Below, in pieces: positions 12,001-15,791 of a stretch of DNA of 64,000 bases. A program made the translations under genes and the position numbers. Position 1 is the first letter of the stretch; each line of letters begins with the position of its first letter. The DNA is taken from positions 704,001 to 768,000 of the forward strand of contig CAXXMU010000002.1 in assembly GCA_963667785.2 (NCBI GenBank). Reading direction: 5' to 3'. Below the pieces are notes generated by a model that was given only the letters and a program-made list of their open reading frames with translations, did no database searches and was not told the origin of the DNA. The DNA is from Alphaproteobacteria bacterium (GTDB lineage Bacteria > Pseudomonadota > Alphaproteobacteria > UBA828).

Positions 12001-12141
12001 GAGAGCGCTCTGGCCCGTGTTCGAGACGAGCGTATCGACCGTCTGTGCCCGGGCGGTGGCGGCGAACAGGCCTGCGAGGCACAGGATGAGGCAGACCGGG
12101 AGCAGGACGCGTGTCGCCAGCGGCGGAATGGACAAACACAT
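1..12141 (-). CDS. Giant repetitive surface adhesin/autotransporter, 3'-partial (>4047 aa): signal peptide, many Calx-beta, cadherin-like beta-sandwich, FN3 and SwmB-like repeats, start of a C-terminal beta-barrel
   Basis: Manual translation from ATG at 12141 (AGGA about 10 nt upstream) gives MCLSIPPLATRVLLPVCLILCLAGLFAATARA|QTVDTLVSNTGQ...AQSFTTG. It continues with Calx-beta motifs (DYTAASGTLxF...DEDDETFTLTLSNP...ATGTIxDDD), FN3 (PAQVTGVALTPAGGSLGVSW), cadherin-like (GENTVTVTVTAEDG) and SwmB-like (ATVDGTELVLAF...VTLTLVSPV) units, and ends NSDAMPQAWLARLGRTVADQV...DGEVLSSMLGADWT at base 1. One reading register is kept throughout, mirrored by the antisense + ORFs starting at 67, 1573 and 9967. 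Confidence 0.92.
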   Translation of the reverse strand, partial: MCLSIPPLATRVLLPVCLILCLAGLFAATARAQTVDTLVSNTGQSALSGATPSIQAQSFTTGPHGTGYTLSSISLLPFRDFAGDSGTFVAIKEDSAGRPGTLVAALATPDDAYVPGDFFAYAAPANTILQANTTYWIVLNEEQAQSDWQGWGKTASRGEDSTSLPGWSIGNARLQQSGTSWNTAADPLRIDIRGYKNANPTLSIAAASALEGSPVRFAVSLDNATDGVVTVQYDTGDVTAIAGTDYTAASSQTLTIPAGDTVAEFSIATTEDSVDEADETFTVTLSNPSSNADLGTVKSATGTILDGDGKPAVSVAGASATEGANLSFTVSLRFVTDTDVTVEYSTSIGTGDTASASDFTAESGETATIEAGQTETAISIATTQDSIDESDETLTLTISNPSSNAELGTATSATGTIEDDDTAGLVFSAPILGVTEGAGSSYTVALTTKPSATVSVSIAAGGDSGLTLGTSQLSFTPTNWDEPQTVSVSADHDDDASLGSATLTHTASGGDYGSVAATLPVAVTDDDTPAIVLSQTALPVPEDGSATYTVALATLPTEKVTLELAGTAGTDLTVAPSAIEFEPGDWDTPVTVTVEAAADLDADNDPETLTYTASGGDYGGVSASVAVEVVDTVAASIVLNKTRLHVKEGGAAVAYRVALGLQPASDVTVQVTRVNGAPLFIGTSSASGQSATLTFTPDNWDQSQRIVVAASSNVVTGNREHELRHRAAGGGYGSAPVVDLPVLIEDENAQKSYVFSETALSLAEDGTTSYTLKLGKRPSANLGVTIAGGGSSLTVEPDSLSFTRDNWNDGQTVTVTAAAQVSAQDATKTLTHTGDGGGYDSGALAAGELPVTIVRDVPKIADTGGVTVTSRPLHTGNTYASGETIALSVKFDRDVVVDTGNGSPHLEVDIGSSSRNVGYAGMAGNRTLTFEYVVQSGDLDSDGISVGDDALALNGATIRAGADQRDAELGGTALSTQGGHRVDGSQTLAAATLASLGLAHGTTSLDLTPPFASGTTAYEATVSASVEFVTVSASAAGGGNARILPADADSNATGHQVRIDGAETEITVTAVRAPRPDGTYTLTVSQVRPSVSIAADVSTLAFHLQGFTLTVTRAAATAEALAVNLAFTQDQDFLPSSKLSRTVTIPANQTSATLTLEPGDFTGGATADGTLTASIASHSTYAIGSDGSASVAMVAADPAITVRPSSAAHVFPEDSGTHSIGFVAETAAGVPEPAGISFRLIVSTQNGTAVGNLDYEALGTSFVSFQASDFAAQDGRYVATKSVDVTLTDDDLVEGNEGFSLRLIKNNFPAAVALAGSDGSTCGTVCAWNIVIVDDDSPPAQVTGVALTPAGGSLGVSWDGVLGADGYKVQWKSGDQTFATASSDGREASISSGSTTSHTIPSLTDGTDYTVRVLAVRGSLEGAWSTEVAGRPDLPTLTVAAASATEGAAVEFTVSLSRAAASAVMVQYDTSIESGDTASADDFTAASGETLTIDAGQTSGTASIATTGDTADEDDETFTLTLSNPSSNAVLGTARSATGTIVDDDVTAASVASVTFTDVPSSGSYGLGDSIEVSVTFDAAVDVTGTPRVGLSMDGTDASASYAAYDAGASSATVLVFRKTVTAADDDDTDGIGVPDDALELNGGSIVNQGTAVAAALGHAAVSNGATVATRWIEGIAVTSTPTVPETVTGDPIYGPGETVRLTVTFENAVTVDTASGTPALKIVAGSGGRQDAEYESGSGSTALVFAWAVPAAVAGDGTPIGVPSNTAADRTLLTNGGLVLNGGTIEDAGARAVNVRHGSYATDSLVDTTGPVVATGPAGAVVDATELVLSFERASGVPDHLDEDSEPAPGDFTVTVLSVGTRTVSGVDVDSATVTLALASPVGHAQTVTVGYAPGTDRIKDRWGNEAAGFSGRAVRNDSPEPTLSIASVTVDEDDGAAAFAVTLDVASGEEVTVDYATSDVTTTGGSDYTAASGTLRFAAGDTSETITVTLGDDALSEGDETFKVTLSNAANASIANGEATGTITDDEGTPTVTIADASATEGDAVEFAVTLSPASQTDVTVQYATTDGSATADSAHADGADYTAPASNATLTIAAGKTSETISVATGDDTADEDDETFTLTLSGPSSNAALGSPKTATGTIEDDDTDPAVVTNVAFTSRPSNNVYDLGDVIEVSVTFDIAVEVGGTPRVKLYFIDAHRLNEYAYYDAASSTERVLVFKRVVTGNDDDDSSVRVATNGLQRNGGTIRNKGTTVDARLDHAFHSSGLSLDTRWVKSVAVTSTPTVPETVTGDPVYGPGETVRFTVTFENAVDVDETNGTPALKFRSGSDSTVHTAPYESGTGTTALVFAWTVPAQVPGDGAALVVPTNVRGIGLNGSSGLTLGGGTIENDDGIAVNIRHRQRTAAARVDTTGPVLASAADGATVDGTELVLAFERASGVAEHLNENSAPAPGAFQVAVAGASRSVTGVDVDGATVTLTLVSPVGHAQTVTVGYTPGTDRIKDRWGNEAAQFTGRTVRNGSPEPAISIASATAAENAGKVAFAVTLDVASGEAAAVDYVTSDDTAEAGSDYTAASGTLEFAVGETAKTIEVALVDDSVGEGNETFKVTLSNASNATLAAAMATGTITDDETPTLTIANASATEGDAVEFTVTLDPVASRDVTVQYGTSDGTATSDSQHEDGADYTAPAGGATLTISAGQASKTVSISTGSDTAHEDDETFTLTLSNPSSNAALGTPKTATGTILNDDAASTDASLTSLTVKVGSSDVALTPAFASGTYSYEGEVENTAATVSVAVATSHRKARVAIAGDDDTSTPNQADLAMAFGENTVTVTVTAEDGETEQAYTIELTRAAPVIEWEHTGLYKGEDAGDVEIGVILTPALGEAVSVDYATLSSSHGLPGEDYTPVSDTLTFAPGETRKTFTLSILDDSVYEPAGAGNVTLALSNPTDPAVFGINGTILVVLVGPDNESPPTATMEDVSVDEDAGTMTFVLELSHPVEGEVVYRTQSNRVQGTATAVADYERFVEFGVDADISIPSRQTSASFQVTIVDDDIDEEDETLAIDWRLSWSGVAPTATNAVNVTGTIVDDDTRGVTVSQTALPVPEGDTATYTVVLDSEPTGTVTVTPSRTSGDTDVTVSGALTFTPSTWDTEQTVTVSAAEDADAVNDTATVSHAVAGADYGSETASDVAVTVADDEAAPDIPGRVTGLTTDATASRVALSWTAPSPGTVVGYRVEASYDGGSSWAEVMADTGGTGTAYTHRSGLMAGETRHYRVSAIFGGGGGTGPASDAAEANATIAVGGLTVTGLAVEDAPHGMPTVDLCWKPTDVAASDLGSFAIQKRKLHPSMPGEWSDEVFSPWSPSDAADCEAGSIGLRVSSGIVANVRYAFRMRARHGGGWALSNDAEAASVDMARDVRTEVMAGNSGEAGDTEVPATVCRDYDDPATPENDAGTFIVNIGFTTGPELFLYYEEVDGFVLGDDVTLVNASAQLIDRPYSRNLGYRIRVTPTDWGQPVTVSVPAGAATHAETGTPNLASNVFRRNTSDSTDCDASSTATLYRPLIRTVEILDDDDRNGNWAAGEHVGVAIDFREDVVVATEGGVPSVTLTVDGETVQAPYARGSGGETLVFEHAVTAAQSPVYSVAVLADSLTLNGGTIGSPNGPSAQLGHAGATKESRRPPPPTPGPSLTAQWAKFPPGHSGDGMKFVVRVKFSEPVTVSARSLRNHALTVTDGVIDGLWQVANGSGEKKGDLWAIRVMPTSTRPLALTLAATPDCAAQGAICTADKRPLSRSISLSVPGPGHEITVADAEVQEGPGAALGFVVTLSGTAPYRVKVDYRTADGTATAGLDYTAVSGRLIFERGETSKTVSVPVLDDTIDDDGETLTLVLSNPKRAMIVDGEAVGTIRNSDAMPQAWLARLGRTVADQVLAAVEDRLASAPVAETELSIAGQRVDGSAASDDAEAREAEAGLETLAGWLGGGSDEDEARGFTSRQVTGRDLLTGTSFTLTGRTAEDGVTAVWGRGTVGRFHGREGALALDGEVLSSMLGADWT
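3900..7500 (-). repeat. ~1.8-kb (~600 aa) tandem duplication inside the adhesin; boundaries approximate
   Basis: CTCGTTGCCCCAGCGGTCCTTGATCCTGTCGGT occurs at 4621 and 6421. GAGAGCGTCAGCGTGAAGGTCTCGTCGTC occurs at about 3971, 5768 and 7574. TSTPTVPETVTGDP(V/I)YGPGETVR is encoded twice. Confidence 0.85.
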
Positions 12142-12228
12142 GGTCGGCTGGTCCTGATGAAACGATACGGGACGAGGGGTGCGAGGCGCGCCGGCGGGGT
12201 GTCGGCCCGTCTCGAAGCGCGACGGGAG

Positions 12229-12291
12229 TTATGGCGGTGGCGGGTGGGAAGGCGGCACGGCAGGCGAACTCATTTCCTCAAGGCTGTGCAT
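12229..12291 (-). CDS. Putative proline-rich leader peptide MHSLEEMSSPAVPPSHPPPP*, in frame with the adhesin
   Basis: GGAG 6 nt before the ATG at 12291, TAA at 12231-12229, same register as the adhesin. An alternative start at 12414 gives 61 aa (AGGAGG 14 nt upstream). Confidence 0.4.
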   Translation of the reverse strand: MHSLEEMSSPAVPPSHPPPP

Positions 12292-13131
12292 GACATTCTC
12301 CGCACCCGATTGGCCCGACGGACAGCGCGCCACATGCGTCTCCCTCCGCTTGAGGAAGCCTTCGCAGGCAGGAGAAACATTCGTCGTCACGAACAGTCCG
12401 GAATTGTTTTTCATGAGCTCGCTCGCAGCCTCCTACTCGTTGGCAGCAGCGGTGACTCTCCCTTTTTGGAAACCAAGCAACGCTCTCTTTGGGCCTGTCG
12501 TTGACGGAGCGCCGGGCCGCTCTGTTGGCGGCGCCAAGAGAGCGGGACGAGGCGCGCAGTCTCTGGGTCGGGAGACGCGGATGTCGTTGAAGCACCGACA
12601 GAACAGGGACGTTTGAAACGCGAGCGTTCGCGGCGCTTCGGGATGCCGCAACCCGATTCGCTGGCCGACCCTTTCGAGGCAGCGGGTGCCGCAAGCTCCG
12701 CGCCAGCCAACCCGGTGTGCCCGGGGAGGGCCGTTTTTCCACTGCTTCTCCCAACGCTTTCAACGCGTGTTGCCATAAAGAACCTCGACCCTCGACAGCA
12801 GGAGTCCGTCCTTCGGATTTTCCTTCGCCAGAATCGTTGCCGGCGCGGGAGAATAGACGCTCCGTTCGCGCGGGCGCTTCCCCAACATTGGGGATTTTCG
12901 GGAAAAAATTTGCTGCGGGGCATCAGGTAAGACCGGCGAGGCTGAAGATCGTTTCAGCGCTGAGCGGCGATTGCTCCCGCCTGCGCCCGAGCGGGCGACG
13001 AGAGGCGAGCGGCCCAAGGGGATGCGACAGGACGGAGCAAGTCCGGGTCGCCCTCTTGGCGAACGCGACGCCGGCGGGTACCTTCCCGCCATGCGGCCCG
13101 GCCCGGCCGAATCGACTGCGCGGAGGACGTC

Positions 13132-14967
13132 ATGGGATGGCAAGGCAGACTGTTACGCGTCGACCTCACCGCCGGCTCCTGCACCGAGGAGCCTCTCAAC
13201 ATGGAGTGGGCACAGTCTTACCTGGGCAGCAGGGGCCTTGCCAGCAAGTATCTCGTGGAGGAGATGGACCCGAAGGCGGATCCGCTCTCGCCCGATAACA
13301 AGCTCATCTTCGCCACCGGCCCGCTGACCGGAACCACGGCGCCGACCGGCGGCCGCTACACGGTCGTCACCAAGGGCGCGCTGACCAACGCCATCGCCTG
13401 CTCCAACTCGGGCGGCTACTTCGGCGGCGAGCTGAAGCTCGCCGGCTGGGACATGGTGATCTGCGAGGGCCGCTCGCCGCGCCCGGTCTATCTCTACATC
13501 AAGGACGACCACGCCGAGCTCGTCGACGCCGAGGGCTTCGTCTGGGGCAAGTCGGTGTGGGATACCGAGCCGCTGATCAAGGCGCGCCACCAGGACGGCG
13601 CCATCAAGATCGCCTCCATCGGCAGGGCAGGGGAGACGCTGTGCCGCTACGCCTGCGTGATGAACGACCTCGACCGCGCCGCCGGGCGCTCCGGCGTCGG
13701 CGCCGTGATGGGGTCCAAGAACCTGAAGGCGATCGCCGTGCGCGGCACACGCGGCGTCGCGGTGGATGACGACGACGCCTTCGCCGAGGCCACGGACGCG
13801 GCCCAGGCGAAGCTCGCGGCAAGCCAGACCCGCGCCGACCTCGCGCGCACCGGCACGCTCTCCATGATCGACGTCACCCAGGCCTTCGGCAGCCTGCCCA
13901 CCCGCAACAACCGGGACGTGCAGTTCGAGGGCACCGACAACCTCGGCCCCGACGCGATGGCGAAGGTGCGGCGCTCCGACGGCTCCGCCAATCTGGTCGC
14001 GAACCGCGCCTGCTTCGCCTGCACCATCGGCTGCCAGCGCGCCTCCAAGATGGATCCCTCGCACTTCGCGGCTCGGGGCGAGGGCAGGGAGCGCTACCGG
14101 AAGGTGAGCGGCGGGCTCGAGTACGAATCGGCCTATTCGCTCGGCCCCATGGTGGGCGTGGACGACATCGAGGCCGCGACCTTCGCCAACTTCGTCTGCA
14201 ACGAGGACGGGATGGACCCGATCTCCTTCGGCGCCACCGTCGCCGCGGCGATGGAGCTCTACGAGGAGGGCGCGATCGGCGACGCGGAGACCGGCGGCGT
14301 CGCCTACACCTTCGGCTCGGCCGAGGCGCTCTGCCACGCGGCGGAGCAGGCCGGCACCGGCACCGGGTTCGGCAAGGATCTCGGCCTCGGCGCCAAGCTG
14401 CTCTGCGAGAAGTACCGCCGGCCGGAGTTCGCCATGGTCGCCAAGGGGCAGGAGTTCCCCGGCTACGACGGTCGCTCCATGCAGGGCATGGGGCTCGCGT
14501 ATGCCACCAGCAACCGCGGCGCCTGCCACCTGCGCGCCGACCCCTACGAGGACGACTTCTCCGGCGGCAAGCTGGAGGGCAAGGCGAAGATCGTGAAGGA
14601 CAGCCAGGATTCGAACGCCGCCATCGATTCGGTCGGCATCTGCGCCTTCCCCATGATGATCTGGGGGCTGGAGGACGTGGCCAGCCTGGTCGATTCCGCC
14701 TGCGCGGGCGAGTGGACCGTGGACCGGCTGAACGAGACCGGCGAGCGCATCTGGAACATGGAGCGCCAGTTCAACCTCGACGCCGGCATGACCGCGGCCG
14801 ACGACACGCTGCCGCAGCGCATCCTCAAGGAGGCGGTGAAGAGCGGCTCCGGCAAGGGCAAGGTCTGCGAGCTCGACACCATGCTGCCGCAGTACTACGA
14901 GCTGCGCGGCTGGACCGACGACGGGCGGCCGACGGCGGAGACCATGCAGCGGCTCGGCCTCGGATGA
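13132..14967 (+). CDS. aor: Aldehyde:ferredoxin oxidoreductase family protein (tungstopterin, 4Fe-4S)
   Basis: GRLLRVDLT, DPLSPDNKLIFATGPLTG, AAGRSGVGAVMGSKNLKAIAV, CFACTIGC and SNRGACHL motifs; GGAGG RBS. Confidence 0.93.
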   Translation: MGWQGRLLRVDLTAGSCTEEPLNMEWAQSYLGSRGLASKYLVEEMDPKADPLSPDNKLIFATGPLTGTTAPTGGRYTVVTKGALTNAIACSNSGGYFGGELKLAGWDMVICEGRSPRPVYLYIKDDHAELVDAEGFVWGKSVWDTEPLIKARHQDGAIKIASIGRAGETLCRYACVMNDLDRAAGRSGVGAVMGSKNLKAIAVRGTRGVAVDDDDAFAEATDAAQAKLAASQTRADLARTGTLSMIDVTQAFGSLPTRNNRDVQFEGTDNLGPDAMAKVRRSDGSANLVANRACFACTIGCQRASKMDPSHFAARGEGRERYRKVSGGLEYESAYSLGPMVGVDDIEAATFANFVCNEDGMDPISFGATVAAAMELYEEGAIGDAETGGVAYTFGSAEALCHAAEQAGTGTGFGKDLGLGAKLLCEKYRRPEFAMVAKGQEFPGYDGRSMQGMGLAYATSNRGACHLRADPYEDDFSGGKLEGKAKIVKDSQDSNAAIDSVGICAFPMMIWGLEDVASLVDSACAGEWTVDRLNETGERIWNMERQFNLDAGMTAADDTLPQRILKEAVKSGSGKGKVCELDTMLPQYYELRGWTDDGRPTAETMQRLGLG

Positions 14968-15206
14968 AGGTGACGGTGGAGCTCGTTGCCATCGAGCTCC
15001 CCCAGTTCGGCAGCGCGAAGAGCCGCAGCCTCGATCTGGCGGCGGGTGCGAGCGTCGCGGACGCGCTCTCGGGCCTCGGCGTGGACGGCGATCCGGCGCT
15101 GCTCGCTATGGTGAACGGCGAGGCCGTCCCCCGCGATCAGTGGCCCGAAACCCCGCTCTCGGCCGACGACACCATCAGCCTCTTCCGGCCGTTCAAGGGA
15201 GGCTAA
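14964..15206 (+). CDS. MoaD/ThiS family sulfur carrier protein
   Basis: 80 aa, ATGA overlap with aor, MVNGE motif, C-terminal ...FRPFKGG. Confidence 0.88.
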   Translation: MKVTVELVAIELPQFGSAKSRSLDLAAGASVADALSGLGVDGDPALLAMVNGEAVPRDQWPETPLSADDTISLFRPFKGG

Positions 15207-15281
15207 GCCGGCGCGTCCGGCCTCGCCGGGCGTGACACCGTGGGGGAACGGGCGGGTTACATCGAGATCGCGCTGCGGCCG

Positions 15282-15767
15282 TCAGCCGCCGGCCCGGCTC
15301 AGGTCCTTGACCGCCTCCAGCACCTTCTCCACGTGGCCGGCCACCTTCACCTTGCGCCAGACCTCGGCAACGGTGCCGTCGGCGTCGATGAGGAAGGTCG
15401 CGCGCTCGATGCCCATGTAGGTCTTGCCGTAGTTCTTCTTCTCCACCCAGACGCCGTAGCGCTCGCAGATGTCGCTCTCGGCATCGGAGACGAGGGTGAA
15501 GGGGAGGCCGTACTTGTCGCGGAACTTGTCGTGCTTCGCGGGGGTGTCCTTGGAGACGCCGACGATCTCGGCGCCGGCCGCCGCGAACGCGGGCAGGGCT
15601 TCGGTGAACTCCTGCGCTTCGCGGGTGCAGCCCGGCGTGTCGTCGCGGGGGTAGAAGTAGAGCACCACCGCCTTGCCGCGCAGGCTTTCGAGGCTGAGCG
15701 AGCCGCCGCCGTCGGTGGGCGCCGTGAATGCGGGCGCAGGCTGGCCCGCGTCGATTACCGTCGTCAT
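15282..15767 (-). CDS. bcp: Peroxiredoxin Q / BCP
   Basis: VVLYFYPRDDTPGCTREA and GIERATFLID motifs. Confidence 0.95.
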   Translation of the reverse strand: MTTVIDAGQPAPAFTAPTDGGGSLSLESLRGKAVVLYFYPRDDTPGCTREAQEFTEALPAFAAAGAEIVGVSKDTPAKHDKFRDKYGLPFTLVSDAESDICERYGVWVEKKNYGKTYMGIERATFLIDADGTVAEVWRKVKVAGHVEKVLEAVKDLSRAGG

Positions 15768-15791
15768 GTGCGACTTCCCCTCGTTTTCCCG

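Noticed and set aside
10046-12139. 697-aa minus ORF as the adhesin N terminus
   Set aside because: Wrong frame; the signal peptide and domains are in the frame starting at 12141.
67-12504. Very long + strand ORFs (67-1515, 1573-9864, 9967-12504)
   Set aside because: Antisense shadows in the mirror register of the real minus-strand adhesin; Arg/Gly/Val-rich with no motifs.
12600-12780. c-di-GMP or Moco/Wco riboswitch near the adhesin/aor promoters
   Set aside because: Only a GAAA hairpin is visible; I could not find the other conserved elements by eye.
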